Below the pieces are notes generated by a model. It was not told where the DNA came from, searched no databases, and saw only the letters and a list, made by a program, of their open reading frames with translations. Of a stretch of DNA of 64,000 nucleotides, positions 36,893 to 48,192 are shown in pieces. The translations under genes were made by a program, and so were the position numbers. This DNA comes from Marsupella aquatica (Eukaryota; Plantae; Marchantiophyta): the NCBI GenBank assembly GCA_973895155.1, contig OZ316894.1, positions 15,802,699 through 15,866,698 on the forward strand, in the 5' to 3' direction. Position 1 is the first letter of the stretch, and each line of letters begins with the position of its first letter.

Positions 36893-39113
36893 TTCAATGA
36901 ACAATGGGCCAGTTTGAGGAGGATTAAGAAGCGCGCACCCCACGTTCTTGTGTGGTGGTTGGGTGGGGTTTTGTTTGATAGAAGAAGAAATCACCATTCT
37001 CTTATGGAAGAAAGAAAATCGCAGGAAACAGTGGGCGGGAGAACAAGGCATGTAATAGAGAACAACGAGGCATGTAATAAAGTACTTGCGGTTACTCTAA
37101 CGGTGCACGAACACTCACCTTTGTCTTCCGCTTTGTCTGCTGTGGCCAACAAATCCCAGAGCGCTGCCGAGCTAGGTGGTTGCTTGATGGTTGAAAGTGC
37201 GCAGCTCACGTCCCTACCTCAATGTCCAACTCAATGTGGGATGCAGCAGCTTCTCTTGGTCGCATCTCCTCTTCATCGCATCTCCTCTTGGTTGCATCTC
37301 CTCCTTGTCACAGCTCCTCTTGGGGTTCACAGCTAGCGCGCAGCAGCGCTCGATGGTTGACAATGCGCAGCTGAGCTAGGAGAAGAACTGAATGACTGTG
37401 GCTGCTCTTCTCTGCAGTCCAAGCACCCGGCTGGCAGAATGCTACGACACCTGAAAGAAGCGCACTTTCAGCTGCATGGCCGGGACTAACCTTTTGCTGA
37501 TGACACTGATAACCAATGGCAGCACTGTCAACTGCTTCCTCCTAACAAACAACCGGCTCCCGATTCTGCAACTGCTCTTTAAGCTCCACGACCTCCTTCA
37601 CAACTCCAATGTCCACCTTCCGCAGTGGTTGCCTTCCACAGCGCCTTCACAACTCCAATCTCCACCTTCCGCAGCAGCAAACGATTGCCGCCCTGCTCAC
37701 GCCTCCTTTGAATGCCTCGGCAACCTTAAGGACACACTACAATTAAACTTCCGCAACAATCGCCTCACCTTACGATAGACCTTGGCACCGCAACACCTTC
37801 CCAGATCACAGCTGCTCCCCTCAGCTAAACCCTCAGCGCCTCAGTCCCCAGATCACAGCTCCTCCCGAACTGCAACTCACTCAAAACCTAAGCACTCAGG
37901 AGTGCCCTCGACAATGAACAATGGGGCAACTCAGACCGGAAGCAAAGAGCCCTGCGACTGTAAAAGCCTTGGAACAGTACGCAGCCGCGCAAAACCTCAA
38001 CATTTGACAGGCATTCGATGCTCTACCCTAACCAACACTCACTAAACCAAGACTTAGTGTGGCCGTCTCCTCAGCAGCTCGCGATCCGTAGACACTGATT
38101 GTAGCTCAGCAGAGGACAACCGAGGGTCAAGTTCGTAAGAATCCCCCGTTTCCCTCGCAAAACCCTTTGCAAAACCCCGATCCTCCCACCCCGTCTCCCT
38201 AAACTGTGCGACCCTAAACTCCCTCCGGCTGTTGTGTTAGTGCCCTACAAAGAGAATGAGGGGACCCTATGCCAAAATGTGGGCAAAAGGATTGACCGTT
38301 GGGGTGAGCCGTTGAGTGGGGCGAGGCGTTAAGTGTGACCCCAAAAATTCATTTAGGCAAAATGAATTGTGGTAAATTGTGACCTGTTTTGAGAGTTGAG
38401 AGATAATCAGAAGTAAAGGGACCATGGAGAAGACGGGGCCAATGTAATTAAGTCAAGCATCACTCATTCAAAATCCACATGGACATAGTTGGGTACTATA
38501 TGAGACACCAGGGGACAAGACATTTTTGAAGGGTTGGCATATTTACCCTCATCCCTAAACTTGGATGTGGTGCACATAACATCCACTCTCCTACCCCAAG
38601 TACAAAACAACTCCTAACAACTTAGGCCCAATGTAGTCACTTGTGCCCAACCATGTTCATTAAGAGCCTAAATGTTTTCATTTCACCCACATTGCATGTT
38701 GTTGGGGGTTCCATGGTCTGTTATTATAATGTAACTCCTCATGTGAACTTTGTGAAATTTAGTATTTAAGGGACCATGGAGAAAGCGGGCCAATGGAGTA
38801 ATTGGAACCATGAACCTTTTTGGTCACAAATAAGGCCATCTAATGAGTTATGCCCCTTGCTATCACCATCTTTATAGAATTAACCCTCTTCAACATAAGT
38901 GAACATTACCCATGTAGTGCTAGACTATTCACCGTTCACAAAGTAGCAAGGACCCTTCTCATAGTCTTTTAGAGAACCATATAACACTAATAGTCTTTTG
39001 TAGTCTTCAACAAAACCGGCACAATGGGAGCGAGTCGTTTCAAGTATGGAAAAAGGACTTAGTGGGCTTAGTCCTATAAGGTATGGTCTAAATGGCCCCG
39101 GTTTCTACTAGTG

Positions 39114-39460
39114 AATATAGGTGACTGGTGGAGAACCAGAGTGTCTACGAGTCTACATGAATGCATGTTCCAAAGCCAGATGCTGTTGGTCCCCTCATCT
39201 CCACATACAAACCATGATTTTGATGGTGGCGTGGATGTTGAAATGATGGCGGTTCGAGTCATCAAGCTCTGACTATTCTTAACCCCCATTGCTCCAGTTG
39301 TTTCCTAGGGCAATCTGGATCGGCAGTTTTGATCCTCCAATTCATCGGAGAACAAGAACTACCCTGACTTCTGCTGAAGATCCAATGATGTTGAGCATAG
39401 ACGGCAATCGCAAGGGCAAGCCATGAACCATCCAACGAGCAAAAGTCAACACAGAGCAAT
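39114..39460 (-). pseudogene. RFWD3-like WD40 C-terminus, proximal half
   Basis: SLMTRTAIIS...FVCGDEGTNSIWLWNMHSCRLVDTLVLHQSPI parallels RFWD3 LLTKNAIF...VCTGDEAANSALLWDAASGSLLQDL..DQPVLD. The upstream part is frameshifted. Confidence 0.78.
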
Positions 39461-39461
39461 A

Positions 39462-39728
39462 TGTAGTTCACCTCCACATGAGGCTACGTCCACGGGAACA
39501 CACATGAGCTTTATTGCACTCTAGGCCGACCGACCATACCAAGCATTCACAACGCAAAGCTCTCTCTATCTCTCAACTAGCTCCATAACAATGAGCTTGA
39601 GTTCCCACAAACAAACACCGCTTGGTTATAGAGTGTGCACAACATGATTAACCTAACCAAGTCTGCCACTAAGGTTAGCCTTAACTATGGTACAGTCGTT
39701 ACTCTAGGCCTAAGAGTAAATCCTAACA
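39462..39728. mobile_element. Possible degenerate copia-type solo LTR inside the RFWD3 remnant
   Basis: TGTAG...CCTAACA termini, with the same TCCTAACA end as the 46533-46838 LTR. The flanks AATA / AATGA are only an imperfect TSD. Confidence 0.4.
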
Positions 39729-41689
39729 AATGAGACAGTTCTTCACAACCAACTAAAGCTTCTGAAACTTGCCAATACACGTTGCATCCACCTCCTGTAT
39801 GGACATGCTCCCCGACATGCTCGTGTGCACCAAAAGGTACTCCTGATCGATGAGCGGCTCATTGAATCAAGCTCAAGTTGTCCAAATCGAGGAATGCCCA
39901 AACCGATCGGGAGAATCTCATTGTCACCTTGTTTCCCAAATTCTCTTCAGACCCAGTTGTGATATTATGTGACTCAGTCGCATACATGAGGACGATTGCA
40001 GCTGCATTGCTGCAAAGTGAATGCTAGGCCAGCTGATGCTTGAACCAGTCATTTTCTCTCCTTACTTTGAAGTACCCTCCTAAAGCAGCGTTTGCTTCTT
40101 CAACCAATTCAAAGGTTCTCAGCTCTTTGGACACGTTGTTCTGCGCGAGAAGGTCATTTCTTCTGCCCGCATTTGGAACAGATGGTCAGCCGTATCAGTT
40201 CAGCAGAGTAGTCTGTGTGTTGAAGATTGAGCAAGAGTCTTTCTCATTCACTGAGGTCTCAAAGCCACAAGTCCGTTCACTTGCATCAACATGATGAGGT
40301 CGTAAACAATACAAAACTCATATTTGACCATACATTGCAACAATCCTGGAAAGTAATCTTGAACACCACATCACATCCTTCCTATTGTTTCCAATTCTAG
40401 TTGTGATCTTCTCTGTACTGTAATGACTTTGATCTATGTAGGTATGCCATATCAAAAAACCTTGATTCATACAAAAGAAGTTTGGAGTCATACTTGTTGA
40501 CTTACTCCTATGGCATTAGTCCTTTAGAGAGTAATGTGAATGCCTCCATGCCATTTGGAGTCATAGAAAATAGTTGTGGTCACCTGAGTCCTAAGAGGTT
40601 GGATCATAATCAACCCCCTTTTCTTCTAGTGCATGAGACACCCCTTAGAAGCATCCCTTTCAGAATTGAGTGGGATCATAGTTACTCTGTATCTATCTGT
40701 CCCATTACCCTGGCACTATGAGCTAACTCTGTGCAATCTATTATGTGACAATTTTTTAGTACTTTAAAGCTGAACTTCCTGTCATAGATCTTAGACAAGT
40801 GGACTCTTACATACTAGTGATGGCTAGCTCGCGGACTGAGCTGAAGTCGCAACTAACATTTCTTTCAAGAGTGCAGTAATGGAATTAGCAAATTTAATGT
40901 ATGTAACATTCCCTCTCTTATTGCTTTCCCAATGTGTCTCACGATAGATCTTGGCTCCATTCATGAGGTTTCCAGATCCAGTGTAAACCTCCTGGCCTGC
41001 TGCATATTGCTAAGGAGTGGAACACTATGGTAAATTTTCCATTTCTGGAGTTGCATGCACATGCTGTATACGGAGCTACTCTGGCAGTTTTAAGTGGTGT
41101 CCTCAGGTGGTGTCTAGCACCAGATCACATAATCGAGTTTCACAATCACTCAAATTGAAGGAAAAGTTGCAAAAGAGTACAAACAAGAAAAGGTTTTAAA
41201 GAATATTCGTAACTATTCACTTAGAACCAATCAAATGACTATAAGCTTCATCACACTTGATATTACATGCCATTTTGTGGAAGTAGGACCCCCAAGAGGA
41301 CAATTAACAAAGGAGCAAGGAATTGCAAAACCTAAGTGTGTAAAATGCAGGGTACAATGGACAGTTAACTAGTTTTGAACCTTGAGTTTTAACTAGTGCC
41401 CTATGTTTATCTGATAAGTTTGGTGAAGTGTACCTAAGGAAGACTGTCATGCTGTATCTTTTCATTGATTTTATTTAAGTTTGTCAGGCTAAGGGTTAGT
41501 GATTAATTATATGTATTCCTTGTGCATTTGGTCTTTACAACTGACATAGATCATGACTACCTCTACTTTTGCATACCTTATATTCTTTGATAATTTGGAG
41601 TGTAGGTAGTTCATACCACCACTCTAGTTCTTTGGTTTTGGTTAGTGCTCTCTGCACCTTTTTCTCCTAACTTTAGTTTCTAGGTTTTG

Positions 41690-41875
41690 GTGGGTACCCT
41701 TTTTTCAATCCAATTTTGAAACCTATAAGGAAAAATGGGGGTCTAAAAATCACAATGGGTTGGAATATATATACCAAAATAATAGGGGTAAAACAATTTC
41801 CAAAATTTCTTCAGTTTTAGGGTGCACTTGACCTAAACAATGCACGTGATGTGAGAGACTCCAAGTAGTGAGACA
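41690..41875. mobile_element. Degenerate partial copy of the 8-bp-TSD MITE family
   Basis: AATCCAATTTTGA...TATAAG...TGGAATAT...ATAGGGGT...GTGATG...TAGTGAGAC is colinear with 15900-16090. Confidence 0.55.
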
Positions 41876-42240
41876 TGGGAAAGGTCCAATACCGTAGGTT
41901 GTCTCAATGGCTGCCAGACCAAATGCCCTTACATAAACTACTCTTTAATTTACGACTCCAGATTCAGGATGCAGGAAACTGTGGGAAGAGAGCTACTAAG
42001 CGACTTGACAATCGGCTGTACCGCAGTACACGATCAGTATTGCCAAACTACGAATCTTGAAGTACCAAACCTTGTTGCTTAACGAGAGTTCAAACCAGAA
42101 GGCTAGCTCATTGTGATATCCAGTCATCATCGTTGAATTGATAGCCGGGTGGATAGAGTTTCCTTCATGTGCTGACATTTCAGTCATAGTGGATGCAACA
42201 CCTTTAGTCTAGTTCGTAAGTTGCAGGGTATTTGCTGGAT

Positions 42241-42402
42241 GGGACCTCAAAATGAAAAGTGTTACTACTTGATAGGACCCCTCAGTGATCCAGACCTTGA
42301 TATAAGTTGAATCAAGGTGATGCGACCTCATAATGAGAAGTGTTACTCCTTGAAAGGACCCCTCAATGATACGGACCTTGATATAAGTTGAATCATGGTA
42401 TG
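42241..42402. repeat. ~81-bp tandem duplication
   Basis: GACCTCA.AATGA.AAGTGTTACT.CTTGA.AGGACCCCTCA.TGAT...GACCTTGATATAAGTTGAATCA occurs twice. Confidence 0.85.
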
Positions 42403-42833
42403 TACCCAAAACCTAAGGCCCTATCAAGTAACACTTTTTATTTTGGGGTACTGCAAGCAAATACATAAGTAATTAATTTTCTGGAAATGTTGGTGGCCCA
42501 GACTGGCGCACTTCTGGAGGAGGGTGGAATGTTGTCGGAGTGGAGATCATGGACAAAATTTGAAACCTGTTGGATCAAAGTGAGACTCCAGCTTATTCCT
42601 TTATAAAGTTGTATCCACCATTGATTCAACAGTTATCCTATTGTCAAACCACTGATACACGGTCCCGTTCAACCCAATTGCTAATTAACAAACCACACTC
42701 AAGGTGAAATCTAGATCAAGTTTCAAAGTCCTGAGTTGCAGAAGACTAATGCATACTCGATCGGGTGGCTAACCAAGCATTTTCTAATCTGAAGCTGATT
42801 TGCTAGTTTCTTGGGAGCAGATTGATCATAGAT

Positions 42834-43837
42834 GAGATATATGCTTGATGGGCCCCCTGGTGAACCTTTCTTACCTGATGGGCCCCTAGGTAACTTTTTT
42901 TACCAAGTAGGACCCCTCTTAATGGCCAATACAACTGTTCTTGTGTGGTGCCTACACCTATCCTTGTGTGGTGCCTACTATGTATGGTGACTCCAAGCAA
43001 ACTGCACAGTTGAACCGTGCGGTCAACCTTGCATGGTCACGCAACCGAGAAACCACGGAGATGATTCGGGAGAAACCGCGAAAAGCGACTGCCACTGTCA
43101 AAACTATGATTTGAAGACAATATGCATTATGTCTTCGGATTCAATGGGTTAATGCCTGAAGACTCAATGGATTATGTCTTCCCGTGTTTCAAGGTTTAGC
43201 GTTTAGGGTGTACCTCGACACCTTTGGGTCTGTCTTCTTTTGAAATTGTTTGTATGCATTGCACAGGGGAGTATTACCATTTTTTGAGCGCAATTGTCAA
43301 TCATTTGCCAATTTTTGTTGTGGCGGCAGTAGGCAAATTCTGAACATTGAACTTGAATATTCTTTGTGGACATTTGGAGGTACCCCACACTGACGCTGAC
43401 AGTCGTGCATGAAAATATCGTGAAAAACCCATGTGCGCAACGTGAAAAACATACCTAATAACTACCCTATGATACGGTAAAAATTTGAACCCGAAGACAT
43501 AATCCATTGTGTCTTCAGGCATTAACCTAGTGAATCCGAACACATAATGCATATTGTTTTCAAATCGCAGTTTTGATAGCGGCAGTCGCTTTTCGCGATT
43601 TCTCCCGAATCATCTCCTGTGGTTTCTTGGTCGACCATGCAAGGTTGACTGCACAGTTCAACTGTGCAGTTTGCTTGGAGTCACCATACATAGTAGGCAC
43701 CACACAAGGACAGGTGTAACCACCACACAAGAACAGGTGTACTGGTCATTAAGATGGGTCCTATTTGATAAAAAAAGTTACCTAGGGGCCCATCAGGTAA
43801 AAAAGGTTCACTAGGGGGCCCATCAAGCATATATCTC
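42834..43837. mobile_element. Mutator-like non-autonomous element (1004 bp) with ~350-bp TIRs
   Basis: Long inverted repeats 42834-~43181 and ~43493-43837, beginning GAGATATATGCTTGATGGGCCCCC. Perfect 10-bp TSD GATCATAGAT (42824-42833, 43838-43847). Confidence 0.95.
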
Positions 43838-46532
43838 GATCATAGATCATGAACTGAACGAGGAAGACAAAGAACATCAACTTGTGACTCTCACGAAAGA
43901 TTGGATCATTCCACGTTTCCGGCATATGACTGCCAGTGTATATAACTAAGGAGTTTCTTAAGAAGACCCCACCAGGCCAAACTTGCGTATCCATTTCCTC
44001 GGATCAGCGGGCTCAGTAACCACGCGTGTGCTGGGAATCCTTCCCAGTGTATTTCCAAAGCATCCCCACTCCTACAATTGTCGCAGAGGACCCATCATCC
44101 TTTGTTGTAGTAAAAACGGTGTCTCCAAGATGACAGGTACCTCGCCCGACGTTCGGCAATTTGTTTTTGCGGCTACCATTGGATTTGATCGTTAAGTGAC
44201 AAAATATTGGAATGATGACTACGTCGTTCACTTGACTACTGGGCTACGTAGGTACGTCGCGCGAAGGGATTGGTCAGGTCTGCCGTGGTCAACGATCCCC
44301 CAGGTTCGGGAGAATGATCATGGTTGGGCCTGCAGGCCCAGTAACAGTGTACCAGGATCAATTTCACGGCCCGCCCCTAGGGCAGGACGAATGCAGGCTG
44401 CAGGAGTGCAGGAAAGCTGCCAGAGCGAGGTTTGACTGGTCAGCCCCTCTCCCCGGTCGGGGCCCAGCTTAATTTTAAGGTTTGTTTTCTGTTTGGCCAG
44501 GGTGGCCAATGTCACTTTGTGCGAAGGAGAGTTGCTAAGAACATGCTTATTCAATTTTGGTAGATTATCTTTTGACAATGATATTTCCCTATGTTTAAGG
44601 GTAACTATTAGATTCTTCTGTGGACCACAAAGTTGGACTTTTGAAAAACCCCATGGACCACATTTACTAACTTGATGTTCATAAATTCAGATACTTTTAT
44701 GTTTTGAGTATGTGCTAGAGGAGTAGGTACGTAACATTTCCTTCAAAGGGATAGTGAATTTTTGGTTCAGTTATTCATCATCAAATGTGAAGGGGTAAGT
44801 TTTATTAGATTAATTTCATTGTGTGATATGACATATTAGGGCATATTTTATTTTTATGTCTCCTCCTTTTCAAGTTGCCTTGGTGGTGAAAAACAAAAAA
44901 TTATCTTAAGACTCATAATCTTCAAGGTATAAGCCCAAAACTCTCATGAACCACCAAAATGTGGTGCACTGTGTCCAACATGGAGGTCCATCCAGGCTTC
45001 ACTTTTGGTTTCTATGGCTAGATGAAAAACTAGCTAATGAAAAATTAAAAATCTAGCCATTCTTGTGGAATCCACCCAAAATTTGACCACCTAAAAAACA
45101 ATGATGGCCAGTGGGACACGGAATTAGAGCGTCTGCACATGGAAGCTGCCATCATTGATTTTCCCGAGAGAATGTGTTAGTTAGTCAATCTCATCTTCGA
45201 CGAGTTTTCGGGACACCAGCAAAATGATTTCCTGAGTGCATTTTGGCGCTTTTGGGGTAGCCAAAACTGCCTTGCCGGCTAAGCCAACTCACATATATGG
45301 TTTATTTGTTAGAATCTAAATAGTCCGATGATCAACAGTCCCGGAGCTTGGATGTACACTATCGGGGCTCCTTGACAATTGAGGGTGCAATGTGCCTGGA
45401 TATGTGAGCTAGCCTAAACGATCCAGGTCTCCTATTGTCCTTGAAAATTTCCATGTTCTAGACACAGGATTGAAACCTGTGTTAGTTCGCCAAGGAAGGA
45501 ATCAATTTTATAAACCGGGTCAGTGACCAAAGGGCATGTGGTCACAAAAGACTACAGCAGTTCACAAATATTCTCCGTCCTTCGCTTTCGCCTACTATCC
45601 CTTGAACCTGCATTTTCTACTCTTCCCTATTACATACTTTTCTTTCTATTTCAGAATAATCACGGCTGTATTGTCCTTACTACCCAATCCTCAAATTAGG
45701 TGTCAAGTTTTCAGATACCATTACTACTTCACTTCACTCGTTATTCCTGACTTACGTACCCTCAAAGTTCGGTTCAAGTTCACGAACCTGGGACACGCCA
45801 CTCAGCCACTGTCATGGTCAATGAACAGGAACATATTAATGACAAACCAACAGTGGGGCTGGTCCGCCCGGAATTAAAGTGAGATTTGAGGTAAAACCTA
45901 GCTACTGAGTGGGAAGACTGGCCTAGACTAGCCAATTCACAAAGAATGTCAGCCTTAATCAGGACAAATTGTAGTAGTGAAAAATGAAATAAAGGAGAAT
46001 TATTAAAAGACAAAGTTTAGTAGTCACAAGCAAACTTAATCTACATATGAGGACCCAAGTAATTCCAATTTCTGTTCCAAACCTCCAAAGAAGCTACAGA
46101 ATCACTTACCAAAAGAGAGGTGCCACTTACTACCCAGTAAGATTGTGTTATTTTCATCGGAATAAGACCTTTATTGCCAATACAAATTTGGTGTTTGCAA
46201 AGCCTAACTAAGGTTAGTATTCAGTGTGACAAAGTCCCTTAAGCTAGAGTTTAACTATTTTAGTAAATAATTTTTTTCCTAGGCCCTAGGCTAGGGCTCT
46301 TGCCCCTAAGCCTCTTGCTTCAATTGCATTTCTTTGCTTCTCTTCAATTATGTCTTTGTTTTGCCTCTACATCTTTTCCTCTTCTCAATAGAGTTACCTT
46401 GCCTCAACATCATTTCCTTTCCTCAACATCCTAGCCTCTCATTGACATCTTTGCCTTGCCTTGAGTTTTTGCCTCTCTTTGACATATTTTCCTCTTCAGG
46501 ATGTGCATAACAAACCTGGCCCTCAGCCATCA

Positions 46533-46838
46533 TGTTGGAAACCGTCAGCCCAGACTAGGTAGCAATGCGGAAACATGAAACATGAGAATGCACACAATTA
46601 TCTCAAACTACACCTACAAGACACCAATGATGGAGAAACTCTTGAAGGATCCATAGCTCATGAGAAAGAACATGTGAAGATTGAGGGAGAGAATGCTCTC
46701 CCTCCAACCTATACCCCCCAAGGGGAACTAAGATGTGTGGGCCTAAATAAGTGGATCTTATCCTAAATTAACCAAGGGTCAACTAACCCTAGTAAGGCCA
46801 AACTAACTAAAGCCGGGAACTTGAGTCAATTCCTAACA
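46533..46838. mobile_element. Solo LTR (306 bp), copia-type
   Basis: Termini TGTTGG...CTAACA. Perfect 5-bp TSD CATCA (46528-46532, 46839-46843). Confidence 0.88.
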
Positions 46839-47115
46839 CATCAATGTCTATAAATGTACTTTAAATGAATCCTTGTTGTCAAAACATTTAGGGAGAAATG
46901 AGATGGTCATCAATGTCCAGGAAATCTTACCTTCCTGAACATACACATGCACAATGGCTCTTTCTTAATAAAGTAGGCTAGAAAGAAAGCAAACTAGACA
47001 AAAGAAGAGATTGGGGTGAAGCATCTTTGGCAACCAAATCAATGTCCCCAATGGTATAAAAATGTTTTTCAAAAACAAGCTCCAACCCATACAATTCAAG
47101 TCATGAGGTTACAGC

Positions 47116-47409
47116 CTTGGGGGTTTCACTTCCATGCATGAAAATCATGGCACATCATGTGCAATGAAGCTAGTATAAGGTTAGTTTATTGGTTGTAAGA
47201 GAAGACTTGAGAATTTTTAGGGGAAGACCAGGAAGGTCTTTTAAATCCAATTTTGATAGTTATAAGAACAAGAGGGTCTTTTAATCAAAATTTTGGAATA
47301 TTCCTAAAATACTTATAGGGGTTACATAATAAAAAAACTTCTTATACTTTAAGGGGTCTGGGACGTAAAAACCTTGCAGGTGATGGGGAATCCTTCATAT
47401 AGTGAGACC
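47116..47409. mobile_element. Second copy of the 8-bp-TSD MITE family (right tip lost)
   Basis: Starts CTTGGGGGTTTCACTTCCA and ends TAGTGAGACC. Colinear with 15799-16094 throughout. Confidence 0.85.
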
Positions 47410-47819
47410 AAACACATTTAATTTAGTATCTGTATACTGATGTTTTCTTTGAACCCTAGTTTTGTGCAACTTTGAACCAAACCTTTGAGAGTGTCTAGCT
47501 TTAAACGTACTTGCAATCTCTCTGCATATGTTTTCAAACCCAATGCCCTCCTTGTCACGAGTTCTGAGCTGTGCATCCTAACTCAGTACTGGACTTTGAT
47601 TGATTCACCAACTAAGGTCAATTTTAGAAAAGCAATTAAAACTTTTAAGGGACCAATTTCGGCATTGTGAAACTTTCATGCAACTTTGATAAAATAGAAA
47701 TTTTCAATGCATGCCCTATCTTTTTTTGTGCTTATTCTTTTGACACAAAGATGCATAACTCCCCTCTACTTAAGGTAACTGATTTACAGATAGGTTTATT
47801 ATTAATAAATTTGTAAAAA

Positions 47820-47910
47820 GGAAGCCACTTAACCCTTTGGTGGCTTCCCTTTGGAGATGTTTCTAAGGGAAAGAGGGAAAGCATTTCCTACCAAGGGTTA
47901 AGTGGCTTCC
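47820..47910. repeat. 91-bp inverted repeat / hairpin
   Basis: GGAAGCCACTTAACCCTT(T)GG ... CCAAGGGTTAAGTGGCTTCC. Confidence 0.8.
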
Positions 47911-48124
47911 CATTTGAGTGATGTAATTTCTGTATGGAATGTAAGTTATTGGTGTATAACCACCATTTTGGAAGTACTTGTTATTCCCATAATCTCTCGC
48001 CTGAAAGTAACCCTTTTTAGTACAATATTACTATGGAGGTCTGGGCAGGGGTTCTAGCTTGAACCTGTTCCAAAAAAATTCATAAGAATTTTCCACTTAC
48101 AGTCAATCAGGTTTTACTCACTTT

Positions 48125-48192
48125 ATGGCCACAAGGTTTACTAACTCCACACCAAATGGCCACAAGGGTTACTAACTCCACACCAAATGGCC
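48125..48192. repeat. 31-bp tandem duplication
   Basis: ATGGCCACAAGG(T/G)TTACTAACTCCACACCAA x2. Confidence 0.85.

Larger units (their letters stand above)
21835..39113 (-). mobile_element. CACTA (En/Spm) transposon, 17.28 kb, with multi-gene cargo
   Basis: TIR CACTAGTAGAAACCGGGG (18 bp perfect, extending to ATTTAGACC) at 21835 and 39113. 3-bp TSD AAT (21832-21834, 39114-39116). Subterminal GACT/AGTC motif clusters at ~21870-22160 and ~38920-39080. Encodes TnpD- and TnpA-like genes. Confidence 0.97.

Noticed and set aside
10093-39460. Functional link between the RPA-like cargo and the RFWD3 remnant (RFWD3 ubiquitinates RPA)
   Set aside because: They belong to independent units, one inside the PHIS element and one in flanking DNA. 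Proximity is most simply chance.
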